Shown: positions 51,394 through 64,000 of the stretch, one piece after another
How positions within the stretch are numbered: position 1 is the stretch's first letter
How the letters are laid out: every line of letters begins with the position of its first letter
Assembly (NCBI GenBank): GCA_030390025.1
Contig: CM059425.1
Span: 170,068,001-170,132,000 of the forward strand
Reading direction: 5' to 3'
Source of the DNA: Squalus acanthias
Lineage: Eukaryota
DNA: 64,000 nucleotides
Notes under the pieces: generated by a model
The model's database searches: none
Told to the model about the DNA's origin: nothing
Seen by the model: only the letters and a program-made list of their open reading frames with translations
Program-made: the position numbers and the translations under genes

Positions 51394-52899
51394 TTTCTGC
51401 TCTCTATTCAAATGGTGATGTTGTTAGAGTAAGTGTATCTGGACATAGAAGAGTTACCAGTGGGGATACAAAAGATAATTTTGTTAGTTAACTTTAGATT
51501 ATCTATGAACTGCAAATATATTCATAAGATGGTTACAGAAGACAGAAAACCAATAATTATTTACTTCAAGTAATAATAGACACAGAACATTGCACACCTG
51601 ATTTACAAGATGTTGCTGAATATCATTAGCAAACTTGTTAAAGAAATATTTATGAAAATTGATATGATCTTATTTCTCAGCGATAAATTCAAACATATCT
51701 CATTCACTAGAATTCAGAGTGTCTGATGATTTGTTGGCTGTCTTAACCAAGAAGGTTTGGTAGAATTATTTTTTCTGGCTAGGTGAGCATATTATTTTGT
51801 CACTGATAACCACTTTGCATTGTCCTGCTCTGTACTAGATAACACTTTCTTTATTTTTCTCACTATAATAATTGCCAAGAACTTACTGTCGCCCTCTGTT
51901 GTATGGGTTGTTGTTCTGATTCCTGGAAATATAGCTTTCAGTTTAATTGTTACCACTCTAAAGCAAACATGTCAGTCTCAGTAAAATGGGGTCCCAGTTG
52001 TACATGACCCTTAGTCACCATTTTCCACCTTTTACAACTGGAGGGAAAGTATTCCTTTTGTCGTCATATGTTATCAACATTTTACTTATTGCTAGATTTC
52101 CTGAACACTTTTTACAATTTTGTTGGAAATAGCTAAAGTAGGAAATTTTACATCTATGTTTGGGATATTGCTAACACACAGCGAACAAAGGTAATCTAGC
52201 TCCAGATCACTATAATTATGCTCATTCACTTAGATGAAATCATATTAAGAAGACGTAGAATATTCAGCGTTAAGACTACTGGCTAAAGTGATCTTACGTC
52301 TGAAAATTCAAATCTAGGACCCAAGAATCACTGCAAAGTGGGATATCGCCAGAGTGAAACAGATTATAATCAAGCACAATGGCAGGAACCCGGACTGCAC
52401 TTGAGCTCCTCATACCATACAATGCAGGAAGATGAGAACTAGAATAATTCACAGGCAAAACAACCCCAGGGTACAGGTCAGTGAATGATAATAACCAGTG
52501 GAAATGTTGCCAGAGTCACTCAGGAAATGAAGCACAGAAAAGGTGTCAGGAAGTAACTTCAAGCTCAAAGAAGGCCAAATGTTGCCATGCAAAAGGAGTC
52601 TGTCAGAGATTAAGAAAACTATACCACAAAGTTACAGAAAGTAAGTGGGTTGACTGAAATATTTATGCATCTAATTATACTGAATTGTTACTACATATGT
52701 GCATTATGTATGATAAAACCAATAAAAAGTTGAATTATAATCTTGCAGTTGGTCTTGCAGTTTTTGACCCTACAATTTAAAAATATTCATTGAAAAACTG
52801 AAAGGGAAAATATGAATGTTTTCGGTATTGGAAGGCAAGCTATACTTGTGGTCTATTAAAGGGAACCAACAGATTAAATATAGCAATTCCTAAGCATCA

Positions 52900-53310
52900 G
52901 CATTAGTGATTCCCCGCTCCTGCACAGAGTGTGCTGTTGCAGTGTTCACAGATGGAAATCTTAGAAATCACTTGAATTGACATGAACTTTGACTTTTTAC
53001 ACTCTGATCTCACTGTGAAAACCCCTGAAAAAGTTAAGCCTTGTTGAATGAGGTGTAACTGAGTTTTTAATGGCATACTAAGTCATAATTACTGCTGAAC
53101 AACCTCTCTGGCCCTGAAAAATTAATTTTATATTTGTGGAATGTCAAATTTCTCCATTATGATAACATTTCCATAGCTTTTTAAAATAATATATATTTTT
53201 TTAAGTTTGTTTATGATATTTCAGTTTCTACCTTAACCCCATGTGTATGTCCCAATCTTTATTTCGCTTTCTGTAAAATGATTAAAAAGTGAAGGATTAT
53301 CGGTGCTTTT
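52900..53310. mobile_element. Fragment of the 25857-26629 DNA element family, inverted
   Basis: Reverse-complement similarity to 26150-26400. Confidence 0.6.
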
Positions 53311-53648
53311 CTACCCCATTCATTTTGGGATATATCTCTAGGTCCTGTAATCACATATCTTAGGTAAATTGGGCACAACCTTATTTTGTTTCAGCTGCAT
53401 TTTGAGGAAAGTGGGAGAAATTGGCAAGCATTTATTCTGTGTCTGCCAAATGCTACAACACATTCCTGCAAATTGTGTCAACTTGGCACTGTAGAATTGT
53501 CAAATGTGTCACTTCATCACATAGAAAAAGATGTACAGCTCTTTTGCCATGCTCCCTTTCCAGTGACCAAAACATTAAAGAAGGCATTTTCCAGTTCTGG
53601 TGCTAAAGCATCATAACCAGAGTGTAGGGAGCTTAAAGTTGACACCTG

Positions 53649-54396
53649 AGGGGAAAAATTGAGTCGTGCCCCCTTTGGGGCGCTAACTTCACCGGGGCGC
53701 TACTTTTAGCTCCCCTAAAAAATTAGCGCCCCAAAAAAATTAGTGCCCCCGCGGCCAAAATTCATCGGTAGCGCCCCAAGAGGGAAGCGGGGCGCTACTG
53801 GAAGCACCCTGCCTCCCTCTCGGGGCGCTGTGAGGGAATGTCGTGCAGCGGTATTGCAAGCCTTCCTCCCTTTCTTAAAGGGGAGAGGCCTTGCGCAGCG
53901 CAACCCGGGGCCCAGCTAGGCCACCGGGATCGGAGTGCCGGAAAAAGAGCCCTGGCACTCAAGAGAAGTGCCGGGCTCATGGAGCGCAGCCGGCACGCCG
54001 CGGGAGGGGTGCTCAGAAGACCAGGGACGGCAACGGAGGCAGGTGCTGGCAGGCGGCCAGCAACAAAAATGGCCGCCCGGCACCTCGCCTTTAATTAGCG
54101 CCGCCCCGGCCGCAGGTAGGTCTCCCTGACCCCATCGGACATAGCGTCTGGTGGTAAGTTAGGGGGCGCTACCGAAGAACGTGGCTGGGGTGCGAGCGGG
54201 GCGCTGCGCATGGCGATAATGTCATCGCCGGCGGCGCAGCATCGTGGGGCGCTAACGGTTACTGCTGCCGCTAACCTCCTGCTGAATTTCGTGGGAGGCA
54301 TTGGCGGCATCGTGCCCAGGCACTAGTTGCTTTGCGCCCCGTTAGCGCCCTCTTAGCGTGTTAACGGGAGGCGCAAAGCAACCGAATTTCTCCCCC
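53649..54396. mobile_element. Harbinger MITE
   Basis: TIRs AGGGGAAAAATTGAG / CCGAATTTCTCCCCC; TSD CTG; many AGCGCC motifs. Confidence 0.9.
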
Positions 54397-56366
54397 CTGG
54401 ATTTTCCAGAGTTGGCCCTAATTAATTATTCAGATCAAGCTTCTGGCCCATCTTGAGCCTGGCACTAGGAACTGACCAAAAAGGTTGGGGGTGGATGGTA
54501 AACTGCACGTCAACAGTCCTTCTAAGGCTGCTACTAAAATTTAAAGAGATGTAGCTACTTAAAGGTAATGCTTATTTGGGGGCAAAAATTGTTTACAAAT
54601 ACTGTAAATGCTTCAATTGTTTCTCAGCTTTTGCAAAGCCTGCATGGAGCAAATAAATGTCTGGGGGAAAACTAGTCAAAATAAACTTGGAATGTGTGGT
54701 CAAGTGGTGAAGTAGCACAGCAACCAAATTGCAAGGGAATAGATTGAACTGAAGAAGAGCTCAGAATTGAGAAGTTTTACATTCCCTCAGAGGAAACCAC
54801 CTTGGCTATCACTGTCTATGAGAGCACGGAAAAGGGCCAAAATAGTAAAGCCACAGGCCTCCCCCAAGTTTGCCATCCTCTGGTCCTGTCACTTTAAAAC
54901 TGGAACTGGAACACGCCACAGTAGAGGGCGCCGTGCTGGAAAAGACGCCTGATTAGAGGAAATCTCCGCTGACAAGCCCATAAAAAGTCTGTGGTCAGCG
55001 AGGTGAACGGCGAGCACCATTCCTTCGCTGTTGAGAGCAAAATCTGGGCCATTATCTGGCACAAAGAAGCACAAACAAATCACAGTCGATCACCAATGCT
55101 TTTTATGTCAAGCCTATTGTCATGCGTTCAGGTTTATATTGTTCTGACGTCCCTATTCATTTTTATTGTTCTCTGGATGTGTGTGACTCTGGCAAGGCCG
55201 CCATTTATTGTCCATTTCTAATTGCCCTGAGAAGGTGATGGAAGGCTTTCTCTTTGAGTATTTGTGCTGATGACATTCCCATGACGGTGGTAGGTAGGGA
55301 ATGTTAATTGTGTTTCATTTAAACCTCGAAGTATATTTTCTAATTATAGAAAATGTAATTTAAAGTTTTTATCTATTGCTCTCATTTACAGTAATAACTA
55401 ATCCTTCAGTATCAGGTCATGGATTTCAATAAGTCACTGGATGGGCATAACAGATTGAAACAGGAAGTAGCTTTAAAGGATGTTTGATTTAAGTAAACAT
55501 TGGTTGTAAAATGATTTATATTAAATTCTTTTTGTTTGGGTGACCTAAGAAATTTGAGAGAATAAAAATAAGCAAGGAAGAAAAACGTGTTTTCTGAGTG
55601 GCGCAGTTAGAGTTTTTGAGGAATGAAGTCAGTAGATTGTAACCGACAGCTTCAATTACCTGCACACGGTCCAAAGACATGTCTGTCTTTGAGCCTGAGA
55701 AATGGGCCCAGGAAAAGGATGAATTAGTCTTAAGATTTGGAGAAAATATGTGGCAATTCAAGCAGAAAATTAGCAATTACATTTCATGTCATCAGTAATA
55801 ACTATTTCTAAAAGATCTTTGGTTAATGTTAGACACTGCAACTGTAAATCAAATAGCTACACCTGTGTTCAATCAACTAGAATGTCCTTTGCGTAGTATT
55901 TGGCATTTTGGTTTAAATGTAGTTTTTACTACGATAAGCAAAACTGCTGACACCAGTTCAATGAAAAAAATCTAAGAATTGGAAAGTAATTTATTTCATG
56001 GCATAACCTGACCTTGGTTCAAAAGAGCAGACATCTATTTACTTACTGGAAAGCAATATGTCTTATCTGTAAAGGATTTCATTGCATTCAACAGATATAG
56101 ACACAGGTACTTTAAGGAACAGTTCAAAGCCCAAAGAGGCATAAAATGTGTAGCAGCAGGTTTACAACTTTTATTCAAAGCTTGTAGAATCCTTATAAGC
56201 CGTGGTTAAAAGAAAAACAATTTTGCAGTCTTTTATCTGATTACTGCTACTTTCTGTTTCTGACAATAAGCATGAAGCCACAGTAGGAAAGTATCAGTCC
56301 GATAGAATAATGTTTTCTTCAGAGAAATTATCAAGATGAGCCATGTTGTAATAAAATCACTTTTGA

Positions 56367-57908
56367 ATACATAAGAACATAAGAAATAGGAGCAGGAATA
56401 GGCCACTTGACCCCTCGAGCCTGCTCCGCCATTCAATAAGATCATGGCTGATCTTGGGCTCAAAGCCACTTCCCTGCCCGCTCCCCATAACCCTTCACTC
56501 CGTTACCTTGCAAAAATCTGTCTATCTCCACCTTAAATGTATTTAATGACTCAGCCTTCACGGCTCTCTGGGGCAGAGAATTCCACAGATTTACAACCCT
56601 CTGAGAGAAGAAATTCCTCCTCATCTCAGTTCTAAAGGGGCGACCCTTTATTCTGAAACTATGCCCCTGAGTTCTAGATTTCCCCACGAGGGGAAACATC
56701 CTCACTGCATCTACCTTGTCGAGCCCCCTCAGTATTTTATATGTTTTGATAAGATCATCTCTCATTCTTCTAAATTCCAATGAGTATAGGCCCAACCTGC
56801 TCAACCTTTCCTCATAAGTCAACCCCCTCATCTCTGGAATTAACCGTGTGAATCATCTCTGGACTGACTCCAATGCAAGTATATCCTTCCTTAAATAAGG
56901 AGACCAAAACTGTACGCAGTACTCAAGGTGTGGTCTCACCAATACCTTGTACAGTTGTAGCAGACGTCCCTGCTTTTATATTCCAACCCCTTGCAATAAA
57001 GGCCAACATTCCATTTGCCTTTTTGATTACTTGCTGTACCTGCATGCTAACTTTTTTGTGTTTCATGCACAAGGACCCCCAGGTCCCTCTAAACTGTAGC
57101 ATTTTGTAATCTCTCTCCATTTAAATAATATATATTTTTTTATTTTTCCTGCCAAAGTGGATAGCCTCGCACTTTCCCACATTATACTCCATCTGCCAAA
57201 TGTTTGCCCACTCATTTAGCCTGTCTATATCCCTTTGCAGATTCTTTGAGTCCTCTGCACAACTTGCTTTCCCACCCATCTTTGTATCATCCGCAAACTT
57301 GGCTACATTACACTCGGTCCCTTCATCCAAGTCATTAATGTAGATTGTAAATAGTTGAGGCCCCAGCACCGATCCCTGTGGCACCCCACTAGTTACCGTT
57401 TGCCAACCGGAAAATGACCCATTTATCCCAACTCTCTGCTTTCTGTTAGTTAGCCAATTCTCTATCCAGGCTAATATATTACCCCCAACTCCGTGAGCTC
57501 TTATCTTATGCAGTAACCTTTTATGTGGCACCTTATCGAATGCCTTCTGTAAATCCAAATACACCACATCCACTGGCTCACCCTTATCCACCCTGCTCGT
57601 TACATTCTCAAAGAACTCCAGCAAATTTGTTAAACATGACTTCCCTTTCATAAAACCATGCTGACTCTGCTTGACTGCATTATGATTTTCCAAATGCCCT
57701 GCTACTGCTTCCTTAATGAAGGACTCCAGCATTTTCCCAATGACAGATGTTAGGCTAACTGGTCTATAGTTTCCTGCTTTCTGTCTCCCTCCTTTCTTAA
57801 ATAGTGGTGTTACATTTGCGGTTTTACCAATCCTCTGGGACCTCTCCAGAGTCCAGGGAATTTTGGTATATTGCAACCAATGCATCCACTATCTCTGCAG
57901 CCACTTCA
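56367..57908 (-). mobile_element. CR1/HER1 LINE, 5'-truncated
   Basis: RT ORF 57121-57885; ACATAAGA tail. Confidence 0.92.
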
Positions 57909-58039
57909 TTAGTCAGTCTCTGTGGTGATTGCTGCTGTAGTTTTGTGGCGATATTGGTTGCACCAGCTCGTGTGACAGGGAAATTATCAGCAGTGTAACT
58001 TTAGTGGAGGGGTAAGTGCTTTTACTAAACTGACGTTAT

Positions 58040-58720
58040 AAAGCTCCCCAGTTTAAGAAAAGGCTTTGGCCCAAAAAATCTGTGGCTATTCTAGTGGACT
58101 CCCAACGTAACTTCAGTAGGAGTTCTGGATGAGTTGAAGTTTGTGGAGCTTAGGAAGCATATTAAGAGAGCATTGGAGAAGTTGAAACTCGAGGTGACTA
58201 AAACAAGGAAGAGGTTTTCACCACTGATGGGAATGAGGTTGGGATGCAGGCAGCTGATATTTTGGATTTGGAAACAGGTGATCTTGGTGATGGACTGAAT
58301 GTGGAGTTTGAAGCTCACCTTAAGGTTGAACAGCACAGTAAGTTGTTGAATTTATCCTGAGCAACCATTCAGGGAGGGGATCAGAATCAGGGTTAGGATG
58401 TAGAGATTCAGACAAGAATTGAACAAGTTGGCTTCAGTCTTTTCAATGTTTAGTTAGAGGAAGTTTTGGTTCATTCATGACTTGATGTTGGACAGGCAGT
58501 CAAACAGCTCAGCAACAGCTGTGGAGTAGAGTGGTGGTAAGGAGGTAAAGCAGAGAGACATTTGCATACATAGGGAAATGGAACACATGATTACAGATAA
58601 TGTTGCTGAGAGGTAGCATATAGATGAGAAATACGAGGAGATCAAGAATAGATACTTGAAGTGCAGCAGAGATGACTTTGTGGGCACAGGAGACGTCACT
58701 GGAGGAAATGTAGGGAGAAG
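58040..58720 (-). mobile_element. Very old L2-like fragment
   Basis: Degenerate similarity to 50900-51390 (..SF..HI..ITK....). Confidence 0.5.
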
Positions 58721-59244
58721 TTAGATAACTGAGGGTCGATTACTGAAAAATGGGATGGGCTTGTTCTCCTGTTCGTAAAATTCTCCTGAAACAAAGGGAT
58801 GAAATACAATTCTGTGGATGCTAGCTTTTAATGCCCCAGTAGTTAGTTAAATTGGTGATCAATTATCTAATTTGCTGATTGACCAGTTCTATTGTCAATT
58901 GTTGTTTAATTAAGCCAATCGATTTCCTTCAGGAGATTCTCTCATTCAACAGAAACTGTAACCTAATGCTGTGCCCTAACACAGGCTTTGACCACGCTGT
59001 CATAGAGCATCATTTAGCTTTGATATTTTCTGCCTTTGCTTCCATTTTTGATATGCTAGCTAGGTTTCTCAGCACGCCTTCAGCCAGCAGGCTACCTACC
59101 GCACCTGCATCAAGTGTCCATGATATGGATATTTCTTTAATTTGCTCTCACCTCTTGTTGTTGATTATTCTGTTTCACGATTGGATGTACACGATTTTTC
59201 GAATGCAACAGAATCAAAAGCATCAGAGCATCACCCATAATTTG

Positions 59245-62200
59245 TTTAAGGAAAATGCTAGAATCTATTATTAAGGACGTGGTAACAGGGCACTTAGAAA
59301 ATAATAATAGGATTGGGCGGAGTCAACACAGAGTTATGAAAGGGAAATTGTGTTTGACGAATCTGATAGAATTTTTTGAGGTTGTAACTAGCAGAATAGA
59401 TAAGGGGGAACCATTGGATGTGGTGTATTTGGATTTTCAGAAGGCATTCGATAAGGTGCCACACAAGAGGTTATTAAACAAAATTAGGGCTCATGGGATT
59501 GGGGGTAATATACTAGCATGGATTGAGGATTGGTTAACGGACAGAAAACAGAGAGTAGGAATAAACGGGTCATTTTCGGGTTGGCAGGCTGTAATTAGTG
59601 GGGTACTGCAAGGATCAGTACTTAGGCCTTAGCTATTCATAATTTACATCAATGATTTGGATGAGGGGACGAAATGTAATATATCCAGGTTTGCTGATGA
59701 TACAAAGCTGGGTGGGAATGTAAGTTGTGAGGAGGATGCAAGGAGGCTTCATAGAAACATAGAAAAATAGGAGCAGGAGTAGGCAATTCGGCCCTTCGAG
59801 CCTGCTCCGCCATTCAATATGATCATGGCTGATCCTCTATCTCAATACCATATTCCCACTCTCTCCCCAAACCCCTTGATGCCTTTTGTGTCTAGAAATC
59901 TATCTATCTCCTTCTTAAATATATTCAGTGAGTTGGCCTCCACAGCCTTCTGTGGTAGAGAATTCCACAGGTTCACCACCCTCTGAGTGAAGAAATTTCT
60001 CCTCATCTCAGTCCTAAATGTCCTACCCTGTATCCTGACACTGTGACCCCTCGTTCTAGACCCCCCAGCCAGGGGAAACATCCTCCCTGCATCCAGTCTG
60101 TCTAGCCCTGTCATTTCAATGAGATCCCCTCTCATTCCTCTAAACTCTAGTGAATACAAGCCTAGTCGACCCAATCTCTCCTCATACGACAGTCCTGCCA
60201 TCCCAGGAATCAGTCTGGTGAACCTTCGCTGTACTCCCTCTATGGCAAGTATATCCTTTCTTAGGTAAGGTGACCGAAACTGCACACAGTACTCCAGGTG
60301 TGGTCTCACCAAGGCCCTGTATAACTGTAGTAAGACATCCTTGCTCCTGTACTCAAATCCTCTTGCAATGAAGGCCAACATACCATTTGCCTTCCTAACT
60401 GCTTGCTGCACCTGCATGTTTGCTTTCAGTGACTGATGTACAAGGACATCCAGGTCCCTTTGTACATCAACATTTCCCAATCTATCACCATTTAAATAAT
60501 ACTCTGCCTTTCTGTTTTTCCTACCGAAGTGGATAATTTCACATTTATCCACGTTATACTGCATCTGCCATGTATTTGCCCACTCACTCAACTTGTCTAA
60601 ATCGCCTTGAAGCCTCTTTGCATCCTCCTCACAACTCACAATCCCACCTAGTTTCGTGTCGTCAGCAAACTTGGAAATATTACATTTGGTTCCCTCATCC
60701 AAATCATTGATATATATTGTGAATAGCTGGGGCCCATGCACTGATCCCTGCTGTACCCCACTAGTCACCGCCTGCCACCCCAAAAAAGACCCATTTATTC
60801 CTACTCTCTGTTTCCTGTCTGTTAACCAATTTTCAATCCAATTTCTCCAGCACTATTTTTTTTACTGATACTAATTTCCATTAATTCCTCCTTCTCACTA
60901 GACCCTTGGTTCCCTAGCATTTCTGGGAAATTATTTGTGTCTTCTTCCGTGAAGACAGAACCATTTGTTTAATTGTTCGGCCATTTCCTTGTTCCCCATT
61001 ATAAATTCTCCCATTTCTGACTGTAAGGGACCTACATTTGTTTTCACTAATCTTTTTCTTTTTACATACTTGTAGAAGCTTTTACAGTCTGCTTTTATGT
61101 TCCTTGCAAGTTTACTCTCATACTCTATTTTTCCCCTCTTAATTAATCTCTTGGTCCTTTTTTGCTGAACTCTAAACTACTCCCAATCCTCAGGCTTGCT
61201 ACTTTTTTTGGCAACATTATATGACTCCTCTTTGGATCTAATACTATCCTTAATTTCTTTTGTTAGCCATGGTTGGGCCGCTTTTCCTTTTGTGTTTTTG
61301 CACCAGAAAGGAATTTATAACTGTTGCAATTCATGCATTCGTTCCTTAAATGTTAGCCATTGCCTATCCACCATCATGCCTTTTAATGAAGCTCCCCAAT
61401 CTATCATAGCCAACTCACTCCTCATACCTTCGTAGTTTCCTTTGTTTAGATTTAGGACCCTAGTTTCAGATTGGACTTCTTCACTTTCCATCTTAATGAA
61501 GAATTCTATCATGTTATGTTCACTCTTCCCTAAAGGACCCCGCACAACAAGATTATTAATTAACCCCTTCTCATTGCACAATACCCAATCTAGGATAGCC
61601 TGTTCCCTAGTTGGCTCCTTAACATACTGGTCTAAAAAACCATCTCGTACACACTCCAGGAATTCATCCTCCACAGTATTATTGCTAATTTGGTTTGGCC
61701 AGTCTATATGTAGATTAAAGTCACCCATGATTACTGTAGTACCCTTGTTACATGCATCTCTAATTTCCTGTTTGATGCCTTCCCTACATTACCACTACTG
61801 TTTGGAGGCCTATAGACAATTCCCACCAATGTTTTCTGCCCCTTGGTGCTTCTTAGCTCCACCCAGACTGATTCTACACTGTGATTTTCTGAGCCAATAT
61901 CCTTTCTCACTATTGCTCTGATTTTATCCTTTACTAACAACGTCAGCCCACCTCCTTTTCCTTTTTGCCTGTCCTTCCTAAATATTGCATATCCTTGGAT
62001 ATTCAGCTCCCAGCCTTGGTCACCCTGCAGCCATGTCTCCGTAATCGCAATTATATCGTATCCGTTTATATCTATCTGCGCTGTTAATTCATTTACCTTA
62101 TTACGAATGCTTCGTGCATTCAGATACAGTGCCTTTAGATTTGTCTTTTTAACATTTTTAGACATCTTAACATTTTTTTGTACTATGGCCCTATTTGTCT

Positions 62201-63390
62201 TATTACCATTTTTTCTTACCCAGACCCTATTTGTTAGTGCACTCCTTTGTTTGTACGCTCTGTCCCTTCCTGACACAATCTGATTATCCTTACCCCAATC
62301 TCTTTCCTGCACTGCTTCCTTGTCTTTTCTCTTTAGCATTCTATATTTCTCTCCACCGGGACCCTCCCCCCCGCCTATTTAGTTTAAAGCCCAATCTACC
62401 TCCCTAGTTATTCGATTCACTAGAACTCTGGTCCCAGCATGGTTCAGGTGCAGTCCGTCCCACCGGAATAGCTCTCTCTTTCCCCAGTACTGGTGCCAGT
62501 GCCCCACGAATTCAAGGGGACATAGACAGGCTAAGTGATTGGGCAAGAATATGGCAAATGTAATATAATGTGGAGAAATGGGAAGTTATCCACTTTGGTA
62601 GGAAAAATAGAAAAGCAGAGTATTTTCTAAATGGTGAGAGATTGGGAAATATTGGTGTTCAGAGGGACCTGGGTGTCCTTGTACACGAATCACTGGAAGT
62701 TAACATGCTGGTACAGCAAGCAATTAAGAAAGCAAATGGTATGTTGGCCTTTATTGCAAGAGGATTCGAGTATAAGAGTAAAGACGTCTTACTGCAATTA
62801 GATAGGGCACTGGTGAGACCACACCTGGAGTATTGTGTACAGTTTTGGTCTCCTTACCTAAGGAAGGATATCCTTGCCATAGAGGGAGTGCAACGAAAGT
62901 TTACCAGACTGGTTCCTGGGGTGGGGGGATTGTCCTATGAGGACAGATTGAGTAGACTAGGCCTATATTCTCTAGAGTTTCGAAGAATGAGAGGTGATCT
63001 CATTGAAACATACAAAATTCTTACAGGGCTTGACAGGGTAGATGCAGGGAGGATGTTTCCCCTGGCTGGGGAGTTTAGAACCAGGGATCACAGTCTCAGA
63101 ATAAGGGGTCAGCCATTTAGGACTGAGATGAGGAAAAATTTCTTCACTCAGAGGGTGGTGAATCTTTGGAATTCTCTACCACAGAAAGCTGTGAAGGCTC
63201 AGTCATTGAGTATATTCAAGACAGAGATCGATAGATTTTTGAATATTAAGGGAATTAAGGGATATGGGGATAGTGCAGGAAAGTGGAGATGAGCTAGAAG
63301 ATCAGCCATGATCTTACTGAATGGCGGAGCAGGCTCGAGGGGCAAAATGGCCTACTCCTACTCCTATTTCTTATGTTCTTATGTTCTTAT
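59245..63390 (+). mobile_element. CR1/HER1 LINE (59245-59751 + 62511-63390) split by an antisense HER1
   Basis: EEDARRL / QGDIDRL continuity; TTCA at both junctions; ORF 62570-63292. Confidence 0.9.
59752..62510 (-). mobile_element. CR1/HER1 LINE with ORF1 SGNH-esterase C-terminus, APE and RT; internal deletion near 60840
   Basis: DGLHLN at ~62440-62460; APE YLNARS, ITETW, GDFN; RT 59842-60783. Confidence 0.92.
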
Positions 63391-64000
63391 TAATTACAGA
63401 GGTCTGTGCCTGTCAATGAATCAAATTGAAAAGAAAGCTAAATTAAGATGCACACATTATACTAAACCAAAAATAGCAGTTGCAATTTTAAAAGTACAAC
63501 TGCACCTCTCCCTACTGTAGCATCTAAAGCATAGATTTTATGAATTTGTGCTGCTATAGAATGAAGCACCTTAAGAATTTGAGTTCAGAGGTCAGCAGGA
63601 TTTTCTACCCAATTGGAATGTGCTGAATTCGTTCCCTGAATTCCACCTATGCCCTTCTGATGTCCAAAGTTTGAGGCTAGAAGCAAGAATTCATAACATC
63701 TCCTATTTGCATCTAGTGTGAGGTTCCACTCAGACACACTACCAGCTGTACTCTGTTAATTCTTAATGTTATAAGAGAGTGGGAGGGAGCGTAAACTCTC
63801 CACTAACATTAAAAGTTTCCATATGAAGTTTATAAAGTCCTGAGAACATCACTTTATACCAGACTGGAGTTCTCCTGTATGAACTCACACCTACTGGTTT
63901 TGTTCACCTGGTTCTCAGATCACTGATCTGACTTTCAAGTTATACTGCCACTAATACATACCCAAAACCACTTTGGAGTGACACAGAAACAATAGTATAA

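Noticed and set aside
53649..54396. CpG-island promoter with short ORFs
   Set aside because: Bounded exactly by TIRs and a CTG TSD; it is a MITE

Overview
Repeat-dense eukaryotic genomic DNA, almost certainly a shark or other elasmobranch (HE1-type V-SINEs, HER1-type CR1 LINEs, a Deu-SINE-like remnant). No intact host gene can be supported; the window looks intronic or intergenic and is mostly nested transposable elements: many CR1/HER1 LINE pieces, a second CR1-group LINE family (here 'family B'), RTE, L2 and L1 fragments, two Penelope-like elements each with a minimal hammerhead ribozyme, two decayed autonomous PIF/Harbinger transposons (convergent Myb/SANT gene plus DDE transposase) with several non-autonomous derivatives, a TA-flanked MITE and an LTR-like block. 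Most interesting: (1) family B reassembles into a ~3.2 kb LINE with a tRNA-derived Pol III-type head, no ORF1, no in-frame AUG before the endonuclease domain and almost no sense-strand TTTT, suggesting a SINE-headed and possibly Pol III-transcribed coding retroelement; (2) Harbinger elements sit at the same nucleotide of three separate HER1 copies, with a palindromic target like that of zebrafish Harbinger3_DR and a possible excision scar in a fourth copy. Family names rest on recognition of motifs, not database searches; many boundaries are approximate.
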